Positions 49,701 to 57,525 of a stretch of DNA of 64,000 nt are shown here, piece by piece. Position 1 is the stretch's first letter. Each line of letters begins with the position of its first letter. The notes below the pieces were generated by a model that saw only the letters and a list, made by a program, of their open reading frames with translations, searched no databases and was not told the origin of the DNA. Source of the stretch: a virus; IMG/VR virus record IMGVR_UViG_3300028829_002760, positions 45,935 to 109,934 of that record. The stretch is one strand, 5' to 3'. Both the position numbers and the translations under genes were made by a program.

Positions 49701-51139
49701 TAATTTAAACCTACTTTACCATATGTAGATGGTTTAACTAATGATTTTATAGCATTAACTAAATTAATCTTTTGTTTTACAAATTGACCTTCTAAAGCTT
49801 TTTTACCAGGTTCAAATAATACTTGATACTCTTTACCTACAGTAGTTATAGTTTTACCAAATGCAAACTTAGGTACACCTTTTAAAAAACTAGCTTTTGT
49901 TATAGAAGGGAAAACTAACTTATTAGTATAGTATATTAAAGCAGTATTATTATGTGTATTCCACCAAGATCCTGCTGAAGACTCAAGCATTAACTTTTCC
50001 TGCTCTTCTAAATTTGGAGCTCTATTTTCTTTTTCTACAAATGCATTATATAACTTATCATATAATTCATTTTTTGTAAAACCACCTTCTAATTTACCTT
50101 CTGACAATGCTAAGTTCATAGCCATAACATCATGCCAAAATGCACCAGCAGTTGTAGTACTTCTTGCTACATTACTTAAATTACTAGTATTTTTTAAAGC
50201 AGTAGCTGTATTTTGTAAGGGGTTTGCAAAATTACCAAAGTTTGTACCAGCTTTTTTCCAATATTCTTTTGCTTTAGATATATTAGTATAAGATTTAACA
50301 TCGTCTAATAGTTTAGCTGTACCTTTTGCAAGATTTGCAAAACCTTTTGGTAAGTTTAATAATTTTCTTAAACCAGTAGAAGCACCAGCTGCAGCACCAC
50401 CAGGTCCTCCAAATAAACTACCAATTAATGCACCCTCCATAGCACCTTCTGTTAAGATACCCATAGAATAAGATGCAGAGTTTAAAAGATTTACTGTAAA
50501 TCCTCCAAATCCACCTTTAGTAGATTGAGCTAATGCATTATAGTATTGATAATCTCTAGCTCCTTCAGGATCAGCTGCAAATAATCCATCACCACTTATT
50601 ATACTTTTGTAAGATTTAATAGGATCAATTATACCTTTAGTAAACATTGGCCAAGCAGAGTGTGTTGCCCATCTACTTAAATCATCACCAAATGTAGTAT
50701 TTTGATTAAACCAGGTTTCATTATCTATTAAAGGGTGGAAACCTACTTTATTAAATGTTTCTTGACCGTAAGCTTTATATCTATCTCTAAATGTACCAGT
50801 AGGTGATGCATCATAAGCATAGGGTTCAGCATAGTTACTATAATCTGTAAGACTATTTATATTTTGCTGTTGTTTAGCAATCATAGAAGCAAAAGGTGAC
50901 ATTGCACCTTGTTGACTTAATTGATTTATAGCAGATGGAGGTACATTAGGTGATACACCTGCAGTACCATCTTTAATAAAATTGGTAGGATTGACAAAAT
51001 TATCCTGCCACTTTAAAGTTGGATCTATAGGTTGCTCAATTTTAGCAGGATCTAAAAAATCACTTTGTGCTGCTAATTGATTAATTTGAGCATTTTGATT
51101 ACCTAAGTTTTCTGCACCTTCTATTGTTTCTTCAGCCAT
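43766..51139 (-). CDS. Giant virion cargo protein (2457 aa) with N-terminal Gly-rich hydrophobic region, coiled coils and a PD-(D/E)xK nuclease domain
   Basis: GALIGSLFGGPGGAAAG; SEN...GEVDLILV...IVDIKT...QQSIY (about 45890-46110). Confidence 0.8.
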   Translation of the reverse strand: MAEETIEGAENLGNQNAQINQLAAQSDFLDPAKIEQPIDPTLKWQDNFVNPTNFIKDGTAGVSPNVPPSAINQLSQQGAMSPFASMIAKQQQNINSLTDYSNYAEPYAYDASPTGTFRDRYKAYGQETFNKVGFHPLIDNETWFNQNTTFGDDLSRWATHSAWPMFTKGIIDPIKSYKSIISGDGLFAADPEGARDYQYYNALAQSTKGGFGGFTVNLLNSASYSMGILTEGAMEGALIGSLFGGPGGAAAGASTGLRKLLNLPKGFANLAKGTAKLLDDVKSYTNISKAKEYWKKAGTNFGNFANPLQNTATALKNTSNLSNVARSTTTAGAFWHDVMAMNLALSEGKLEGGFTKNELYDKLYNAFVEKENRAPNLEEQEKLMLESSAGSWWNTHNNTALIYYTNKLVFPSITKASFLKGVPKFAFGKTITTVGKEYQVLFEPGKKALEGQFVKQKINLVNAIKSLVKPSTYGKVGLNYFKANVMEGVQEVAQDVLQEATQHYYLEAFKNPDSRNIRYASGILGDAIAKQWSAQGFEVFMSGFLMGTILQAPGKIKSYATVGYNDYFKKDAQFKTYMNDREQMADDIVSELNTLYKNANFFFDPRISNHAQQGLMSKVIDNPEEHTTKEIRDTEFAAFQSALYSSLERGTFNMFLEHYKKYEQASARDIEEAWDLQPGQGEKALERFGKTLKEAEKTAFRYNTAKEKMKDLRIDLNNYEKDTEEYRMAQVYNKAFSLALNTYTFLHESFDDNLGRINSLYKQFNSITSLGQTPMNDMSVLIDPQGLVREIEMLKTDIETLESVTTQEAIAELSNKRELLELYTRYNENLEGAYKLFTSSELLKKKIEEIEQLDDVKGKDEEVSLKIFKEILDEFEKGSTKNKDTFKESFKNLLIGLGETNQDRLNIQNEIDSQGGIDVMYDALLDSLLLRNENSVLNSYVTLLSSPNGFYEHVVRNFRFMKKLYDNREDLVKDIVNQEISAIERNTLLNTLADQGIYLDLEEFAKWVEDHNYYPEYFIDVKTNRMINKGSLLYEDYMDVLRRAAILDEKRPAGEKLSLREKLDKKIEELNDERNLLIKKETDKYNKEFEEKFGITQDEYESEEKKRIAGETLNEDRRAELEADKKILEDALKTLRESIDAVEIQAAADVIADKIMRKDNIKGPEFLAQKEREFANNPERIKEAQELSLKFENITDTDTRVTTTLLALEYRDYAANKLSEVELELNKEPSKKTINIEETEPYIKFQEAVDQINEKYDQLIADVKAEFEKEGVDEFTPKVYTTKTEFDDFDQEYQDEITKLFDEYLVDTLEEDIELKDNDPIQYERLRKNWLEGQGELITNINEKSKLQAEEKAKRLAEPPKLKFINKQIGAENTTYEIAQVIKIFEKFLKDGSYPNKSGKKVKLTKANIKDIESDLASLKGYLKARVDVAAPRNIAEETVNLIQDNIINKQDELEPIYDEDGNQIGRKFKDSEARPERTTKVAEEVENDIKQTDAFIYQGLKDEVDEETGEILKKSPIEKLYDQIFNDDSVAPEDKVNAFMIAFEERVYRKGTRESPGYPAFAYPEKLAAIRNSLETDGSFKGLKEILKREAFRESSDAGNVVDDLIRIFLTPNASTKSNFSEFTYDSELEIKGKMTKISDVMSRKAFDKLFAPVSTESGGGIVTRFRLGIVDGSYIILSENVKLFDRTLRDNGITGEVDLILVKEDGTVAIVDIKTSTERKWQNFGKPDQSKYEKSIYFRAQQSIYGYMFHNSTGITPELKLMPFSLTLDKTKKKRVGYIEDIELAGIVPTGQDTVDLEYLPEIEEFGVVKTEPENLVVRTKETTKSTPGYEGTDPSKLTLEDNIGKNVMYKGRVGKLIQMADGTFAIEVATKVDLELVQMTLDTFKLDRIAAQEYGSKEELDELDSTIEKLEKAIESQEGLFEVFPIEKLNVNIVNEKLTLADVGLQIMAPVENIGQVSVIEGEVVDASFSNAEDTVASINGVRYDVLRNQTGEITALSYMSNDADMSKIDKEIGELGNKIGRLRSNFQNETDEFKRNKILSRISELKSEIDSLSSRRKSLYDSNKKTYIYGSNADNYIFALNRLPNNFQRLTAKSNKLDEIQDLKEIDKLSLSAAVSKSITEILAENYPEALDRLLDGNVKSPVYSTDLLKIQLWIEDTVEQLYQLGYSILNRGDLTDDIQNQINALLELQNDLELIKLTKDGKIKNFRKVQKIFTGEQKVQKRTRVSKNERTESGKPEDVPGQSSREELKKIVKGARTQVDPTLSTESEPIKTETDIDKLVEKINSANLDNIKEVYQAAVLEVLKNKENAGVLKDAYDARIEQLNTQMSLDTVSKGEYLILKNPIFDNEENTIFEIVRVNKQSVRLRNILSNEQITIKEEDLMNNFDKTTKEATQPIPEVEVDPVDIEGSNESKDIVKDLANDTKLTNKLKEDSRNSDVNSRFNDLKDNSKEC

Positions 51140-51152
51140 TTTAATTAACTAG

Positions 51153-54100
51153 TTAATAAGCCCAAAAAGACTTGTTTATTGATGTACCAAAAGCTTGTTC
51201 AGCTTTTTCTTTAGCTTCGGCATCACCACTATTTACTATATTTCTAAATGTTTGGAAATTTGCTTCGGTAGCTAATTGAATTGTTTTCCACATTTCTAAC
51301 TCTCTAGAATCTATTTCTTTACCAGATTTACTATCTAGGTCAAAATTCAATGAGTGTTCTATAATGCTTCCATCAGGTGTCAATTCTTTGTACACTCCTG
51401 TACCCATATAATTACCTTCACCTGCTACTTTTGTTATTTTATAAAAACCATTACCAGCTGGATCTTCATATGTTATAGGTTGATTTTTTAATACTATTTC
51501 AGTAGCTGTTGGGAATTGTTTACTATACAAAGGATTCCCTAACCATACTGATTCTGGTGCAATAAATGTTAAACCATTTTGAGATATACTATCTATATAA
51601 GTACTTATAGCAGTTCCATTAACACCATCTCCTAAACCTTCTATAACTTCTTTTAGTAATTTCTTTGGTGCATATAATGTCATTGAACCAAGATCTTTAC
51701 TTTCCATAGATACGGAACTTGCTCCAATACTAAATGGATCTAAATCTTGATTCTTTTTTAACATTCTACTTCTAAGTGCTCTAATAATAGAAAGTGCTTG
51801 TTGTTGAGTTATCCCAGAATCGTCTTCAATATCTTCAGGTCTTATATTACCTTGAGTTGTAACTCTATATTTAGTATTATCCTGATTCCAATTAGTACCT
51901 AATACAATGTCAAACATATTTCTTGCTGCAACATTACCTGGATCAACCCACACACTTGGTGATACCTGCATAACTGTACTCTCAGATGCTATACCAAATC
52001 TATCTGAAGTAGATTCATCCATCTTACTTCTTATTTCATCTGCAAAATATGAATTTAATTGACCTTCAGAATTAGGGTTAAGTATTTTTTGTTCATATGC
52101 TAAATCATAAATATCTTTAACCCATGAAGCTGGTTTTTTAGTATCTGTCCTATCTCCTTGAAACATACCCGTCCACGGCATAACATAATTATACCATTTT
52201 GCATCTCTTTCTGCATTAACATTCATTGCAATATTAAACCCAAGAATATTATTAACTTCATCATCTACTTCAGCAGCCATTTGATCAAATGCAGTTTGAT
52301 CTCCTTTAGAGTCAAGAGTATATCTAGTCATTAATACATCTACAGCAGCATCAATTCTTTCCTGATTATATACAATGTTAGGATTAGAGTCAGCTGCCAT
52401 TTTTGTAATGTCTTGTATAGATTTAGTTACCTCTTCTTCAATTAATGTATAATTCTTAATATCTATATCTTGCATTGCAATATCCATTCTATTAAGTTGT
52501 TCCATTTTTAACATTGCTTGATCTGACAAATATGTATTTGATATGCCTGAACCTTTATGTTTACCAACCCAATTTTGTAATGATTTATTTAAAACATGTA
52601 TTCTACCATCTTTAACAACATTTTTACTAAACTTACTTGGATTTGAAATATAGTCACTAAATATATTATCCCATACTTTTTTAATATCTTGATAAGTACC
52701 TTTAGAACCTTTACTATCTAATATTAATCTAGCTGTTCTATCACTAGGGTTAATTTGTTCTATAAATTGTGCTAATTGAGCTTTACTAAATGATTTCTTT
52801 TCATCAACTCCTGTTTGAATCATTTTCATTATATGATCAACTCCATTAGTAGCATCATATTTAGCCATTACTCTATCAAATGATCTTTCTTGAAGTTCCT
52901 GAAAAGACATTTCATCCCCTTCTCTACCACCAGTACTTTGACCAGGATCTCCAGCTTCTTCTGTAGCTAAGTTAAACCCATTCATTTGTGGAGATTTAAT
53001 AACTTTTCCTCTAAAGTCACGATGCCAATATCCTTTTTTAAGCATATCATCTTCCATTTTTTGATATGCTTTATTACTAGCTATTTTATCAATTTCTTTA
53101 TTTCTTAAATCAGATCTATATTTAGCTAGTCCAACTTGATTTACTTTGTATGTAGATGAGCTAGTTATATCTGCATAATTTCTTGCTGCTTCTAATATAT
53201 CTTGTTCAGCAAATATAGATGCGTAACCAGCATCAACTTTCATTCTTGCTAAATCTATATCTCCAATATCATTAGAGTCTTGATAACCTTGTACAGTTGC
53301 TGTAGATTGATCATCATTTAATTGATCATTTATCCTTCTAGTATCATCAGCTATTGATGCTTCTACAGCAAACAGTTCTTCAAGAGATTTTCCATAGTTA
53401 GTTTGTTGTGGGTTTACATGACCACTTTTAACTTGTTGTTCTAATTGACCTTGTAAATCTTGTGTAGTTTCTAAATTATCTTGTGCCGTGTTATTTTTTA
53501 TTGAGGCATTCTTTCTTAACCAATCCATCTTACCACGGATATAATCTTTTTCAGCTTCTGCAGAATTACCAAACTTTTCTGAATTTTGATATGCATAATT
53601 CATTCTTTCAACAAATGCTTTTTCTCTATACATATCTTGTATGTCAGGTCTATTAGCATATTCAGCTGAAAACATTTGTTGTAAAGTTGGTAAAATAACT
53701 TCACCATTTTTCTTTCTAACATAATATAATCCAGAAGGATGTGGTATATCTACAGTTTTGCTAACGTTATACTTCTTAGCTAAATCCATGTACTCTGTTA
53801 CAGCATTTACAAAAGGGGTATACTGTGCATTTTTAAAATTTAAAGTCTCTTCAATATTAGAATCTTTAAACATTTGTCTTCTTAACTCTAATCCTTGTAC
53901 ACCTGTAGACCAGTATTGTTTTCTCTGATCTTTATCTTGTGATGTTTTTAAAGCATTAGAACTATTATAAGTATTTACCCAGTTTTTAGTCCAAGCCATA
54001 TCTTTCATAAGATATTTATCCTCATAAAAAGGTCTAAATACTTGCATAGCTTGATTAACATTTTGCTCTAATGATAAATCTAAACCAGAAACTCTTTTTA

Positions 54101-54323
54101 AATTAAAATCAATTTGTTTTATTAATTCATCTTTCTTTTTAATATTAGTATCATGAGTAAGTTCAGAACTATATAATTGACCATATAAATTATTTAATTG
54201 TTTCCAATTAGTATCATATTGTGTTTGCTTTGCTTGTAAAGCATTAGCATAGAAATTATAATCAGGTTGAAAAGGCTGATAATCTGGTATAAAATCTGTT
54301 ACTCCTTGTAAATACGTTGCCAT
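51153..54323 (-). CDS. Putative virion cargo protein (1056 aa)
   Basis: Long ORF in the cargo cluster; N-terminus MATYLQGVTDFIP.YQPFQPD; no cysteine seen. Confidence 0.7.
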   Translation of the reverse strand: MATYLQGVTDFIPDYQPFQPDYNFYANALQAKQTQYDTNWKQLNNLYGQLYSSELTHDTNIKKKDELIKQIDFNLKRVSGLDLSLEQNVNQAMQVFRPFYEDKYLMKDMAWTKNWVNTYNSSNALKTSQDKDQRKQYWSTGVQGLELRRQMFKDSNIEETLNFKNAQYTPFVNAVTEYMDLAKKYNVSKTVDIPHPSGLYYVRKKNGEVILPTLQQMFSAEYANRPDIQDMYREKAFVERMNYAYQNSEKFGNSAEAEKDYIRGKMDWLRKNASIKNNTAQDNLETTQDLQGQLEQQVKSGHVNPQQTNYGKSLEELFAVEASIADDTRRINDQLNDDQSTATVQGYQDSNDIGDIDLARMKVDAGYASIFAEQDILEAARNYADITSSSTYKVNQVGLAKYRSDLRNKEIDKIASNKAYQKMEDDMLKKGYWHRDFRGKVIKSPQMNGFNLATEEAGDPGQSTGGREGDEMSFQELQERSFDRVMAKYDATNGVDHIMKMIQTGVDEKKSFSKAQLAQFIEQINPSDRTARLILDSKGSKGTYQDIKKVWDNIFSDYISNPSKFSKNVVKDGRIHVLNKSLQNWVGKHKGSGISNTYLSDQAMLKMEQLNRMDIAMQDIDIKNYTLIEEEVTKSIQDITKMAADSNPNIVYNQERIDAAVDVLMTRYTLDSKGDQTAFDQMAAEVDDEVNNILGFNIAMNVNAERDAKWYNYVMPWTGMFQGDRTDTKKPASWVKDIYDLAYEQKILNPNSEGQLNSYFADEIRSKMDESTSDRFGIASESTVMQVSPSVWVDPGNVAARNMFDIVLGTNWNQDNTKYRVTTQGNIRPEDIEDDSGITQQQALSIIRALRSRMLKKNQDLDPFSIGASSVSMESKDLGSMTLYAPKKLLKEVIEGLGDGVNGTAISTYIDSISQNGLTFIAPESVWLGNPLYSKQFPTATEIVLKNQPITYEDPAGNGFYKITKVAGEGNYMGTGVYKELTPDGSIIEHSLNFDLDSKSGKEIDSRELEMWKTIQLATEANFQTFRNIVNSGDAEAKEKAEQAFGTSINKSFWAY

Positions 54324-54381
54324 AACTTTCTTTCTGTAAAAATATTAAAATTTTATAAGTTTATTAAACTTGTAAAGTTTA
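54324..54381 (-). promoter_or_regulatory. Intergenic element with TAAACT-N5-AGTTTA palindrome (candidate late promoter or processing site)
   Basis: 54365-54381 matches 62048-62064 at 15 of 17 positions. Confidence 0.45.
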
Positions 54382-57300
54382 CATGTCTTCATTAAACCAT
54401 GGATTAAAATATACATAACCTGCATTAACTTCACCACCATCTCTAAACTCTCCTGGATACATATTTGGATGCATTGCTGGTGAAGAGTTACTATTACCTT
54501 TTTGCACATTTATCATTCTTTGAGCACATGCAGAAGGATTACTATCACCATTATCCTTACACCATTGAAATGCTTCTTGGAAGGTCATACCTCCTGAAGT
54601 TGGACTAGGTTTTCTATAATTAGGTGTATGATGCATTTGCCCACCTATTGAAGGATCTACAGCATAGTCTGGATACATCTGATTCATAGCATCTGTTTTC
54701 CATCTATTTGTAATTGCATTAGTATAATGATTTCTTACATTGTTTCTCATAGCTAACTTAGCATTATCAAACTGTTGGTTAGCAACTGTATTCTGATCAT
54801 ATAATCTTTGATTAGTTGCTTGTCTCAACATGCTTTCCTGATTTCTAACATCAGTTGCTTTAAGTTCAAATTGATTTGCTATGTTAACATTAGCATTATT
54901 ATACTTAGATAATACATCTGCAGCATTTTTAGCAGCTTGTCCTTGTATACCAGATGATCTTGCAGATAATGCTTGAGGTCCAGCAAACTGTGCCATACCT
55001 TGTGTTTGTATATTTGCTTGTTCTGCATTAGCTGCCAACTCTCTAGTAGGATCTAAAAATGTAGGTCTTGGTTCTTCCAAGTCTACACCTGGTGCCCACG
55101 GCATATATTTTTTAATACCCATTAAGTCTCCAAAAGCACCTGTAGTTTTTATAGTATCTTGCAACCACCATGGTGCATATCCTCCTGGAGTTTCTATTGT
55201 CACATCCTCTTCACAAGGAGGACACTCTCCAGTATTTGGATCAGGTGTCATTTCTATAGTTCTACCATCAGGATATTGACATGGGCATTTTTTAGCTTTT
55301 GTTGTATCTTCACAAGTACAATCTCCATTATCATCTTTATAAGGTGAATAGTTAGGAGCTTGAGGATCATCACATTGACAATTTTCAGGTACAAAATCTT
55401 CAAACTTAAGTCCGTGATGTGCTACAATCTCTCCTTGTGATGTATTGTTATATTCACCATCAATTGGTGATATATTTATTTCATCCATACTAGTTTCATC
55501 CCTGAAACCAACTTGTTTACCATAAGGTTGATATCCTGCAAAACTTGTAATACCCAATAAAGCATATCTTTCCTTATCGTTAAACCCTGTACCATCATCT
55601 GATTCAAGCTTTTTCATTAACTTATCTGCAGCAATAAATCCAGCTTGTTGTAAATAAGCTTCTTCATTATTAACACCAGAAGTCATAGGTAAACCTATAT
55701 CACTTGAAATTTGACTAAGACTTTTATATTCATTTATATTAAGAGCATCATACATTGATTCAGCTTCAGCTCTGGTTATACCAGAGTCTGCTTGCATAAC
55801 TGCTTCTACAAAACCTAAATTATCACCTGTACCTGTACCTGTCTTTTTTCTTAAGTCACTACTACCATCTTTATACATCCAAGAACCAAAAGGATATTGT
55901 TTACCATCTGCACGAGGAGAAAGTCCTGCAAAAGCTTTACTACCCATGGTAGTTGTCTTAAGGTTTCTTTCTTGCATCCTTAAGAATTTATCAACTATCT
56001 CCTGATCACTTAAATCATCTACAGAACCAAATCTATCTGCATAGGTAGGAGAATACCTCCCACTCTTTCCCTTATAGTTTTCTTCATTTTTTAATGCAGT
56101 TCTTACTTGGTTTGCAAAAATTGTTTTAGCTTCATCATTCTCAAAAGTTTGCTTCATTGCTGTAAAAGTTGCAGCAGCAACTTGGTTATCATTCCATGCA
56201 GATGATAAATCTGAACCAGTATATTCTGTATGACCTGTAGCAGATATATTTTGTCTATATCTTTTACCATCACTTTTTACGACATATACTGTACCTTTTG
56301 AACCTACTTCAGCATAAGCTCTTCTTAATGCTTCTTGAAATCCTGCAGTATCTCCAGCATAATCTTCTTCTTTAACTTCTATTTCTCCTCCATACGGCAT
56401 CATTGTCATACCATACTTTGCCATAGGTTGTTGAGGTGCTTGTTGTTGCTGTTGTTGTGCAGCAGCCATAGATTGTTCTACCAATCCTACTGCTTCTTCT
56501 TGTGATGCACCTAATTGAGTAAATATACCCACTATAGTTTCAGGTGGAACTTGATCATGTAATAATGCTTGTATAACTTGTTCTGGAGCAGCACCTTGTT
56601 CTAATGCAGATTGCACTTGTTGTGCAAGTTGCATCGTTTGTTGCTCAGCAGCTTGTTGTTGTTGCATTTGTTGTCTATACACATCAGAATAACCACCCCC
56701 ATCTTGCATCATAGGTTGTGGTGCAGGTTGAATTTGTTGAGGAGGTCCCTGCATAGGTTGAGGTTCAGCTACAGGTCTTCCTTGGTTCATACCCATAGCT
56801 TCATTAAGCATATTTTCATTACCACCTTGAGATTGAGCCTGTTCTTGTTCCTTTTGTTTTTCTAATTGATTTTTAAGTGCTTCTAATTCTTTACTAGGTA
56901 GAATATCTTCTTCTGCAATTCCTTTAGCTTCCATACAAGGTTTTGCTACAATAGGTATACCCTGTGGAAAACCTTTCATAGATTCTTGTTTTAATGCAAG
57001 ACATCCTAGCTTAACTACATAATTTTTGATCATTAATTCAGCAGTCTTTCTTTCTACTGCATTAGAATCAGGATCTTCTAATATAAGTCTATATTTTTGT
57101 ATATCATATTGCTTAGCAAGTTCTGCTGGTGTATATGATTTTTTACCACATGGTTTACCAAACATAGTTAAGATTTCACAATCTTTTATTTTCATTGATC
57201 TTGTATCACTAAAAATAAAAGTATCTTCAGGAAGATTTAGTGGTACACCACCTTGAGCATGTCTTGGTCCTTTAATAATTTGTGCTTCAGGAAAAAAGTC

Positions 57301-57519
57301 ACCATTAATGTCTCCATATACTATTTCCCCTCCTTCAGCTTCTACATTAGATTCTTCTCTAGGATCTGCAGTAATATATCTACTTTCTCTAAGTTTAGGG
57401 GCACTTGTACTTTTGTTATAATCTGCACCACCCATTGGGGCAATGTCATTAGCAAGAGCACCATCTACTTGATAACCTGTCTTAGCTTTAACTTGTTTTT
57501 TAATTCTTACTTTTATCAT
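54379..57519 (-). CDS. Putative virion cargo/structural protein (1046 aa)
   Basis: EAEGGE...GPRHAQGGVP...IFSD motif, Gln/Pro-rich linker, Cys-rich segment, Gln/Asn/Ala-rich helical region, xxGG repeats. Confidence 0.7.
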   Translation of the reverse strand: MIKVRIKKQVKAKTGYQVDGALANDIAPMGGADYNKSTSAPKLRESRYITADPREESNVEAEGGEIVYGDINGDFFPEAQIIKGPRHAQGGVPLNLPEDTFIFSDTRSMKIKDCEILTMFGKPCGKKSYTPAELAKQYDIQKYRLILEDPDSNAVERKTAELMIKNYVVKLGCLALKQESMKGFPQGIPIVAKPCMEAKGIAEEDILPSKELEALKNQLEKQKEQEQAQSQGGNENMLNEAMGMNQGRPVAEPQPMQGPPQQIQPAPQPMMQDGGGYSDVYRQQMQQQQAAEQQTMQLAQQVQSALEQGAAPEQVIQALLHDQVPPETIVGIFTQLGASQEEAVGLVEQSMAAAQQQQQQAPQQPMAKYGMTMMPYGGEIEVKEEDYAGDTAGFQEALRRAYAEVGSKGTVYVVKSDGKRYRQNISATGHTEYTGSDLSSAWNDNQVAAATFTAMKQTFENDEAKTIFANQVRTALKNEENYKGKSGRYSPTYADRFGSVDDLSDQEIVDKFLRMQERNLKTTTMGSKAFAGLSPRADGKQYPFGSWMYKDGSSDLRKKTGTGTGDNLGFVEAVMQADSGITRAEAESMYDALNINEYKSLSQISSDIGLPMTSGVNNEEAYLQQAGFIAADKLMKKLESDDGTGFNDKERYALLGITSFAGYQPYGKQVGFRDETSMDEINISPIDGEYNNTSQGEIVAHHGLKFEDFVPENCQCDDPQAPNYSPYKDDNGDCTCEDTTKAKKCPCQYPDGRTIEMTPDPNTGECPPCEEDVTIETPGGYAPWWLQDTIKTTGAFGDLMGIKKYMPWAPGVDLEEPRPTFLDPTRELAANAEQANIQTQGMAQFAGPQALSARSSGIQGQAAKNAADVLSKYNNANVNIANQFELKATDVRNQESMLRQATNQRLYDQNTVANQQFDNAKLAMRNNVRNHYTNAITNRWKTDAMNQMYPDYAVDPSIGGQMHHTPNYRKPSPTSGGMTFQEAFQWCKDNGDSNPSACAQRMINVQKGNSNSSPAMHPNMYPGEFRDGGEVNAGYVYFNPWFNEDM

Positions 57520-57525
57520 TGGTTT

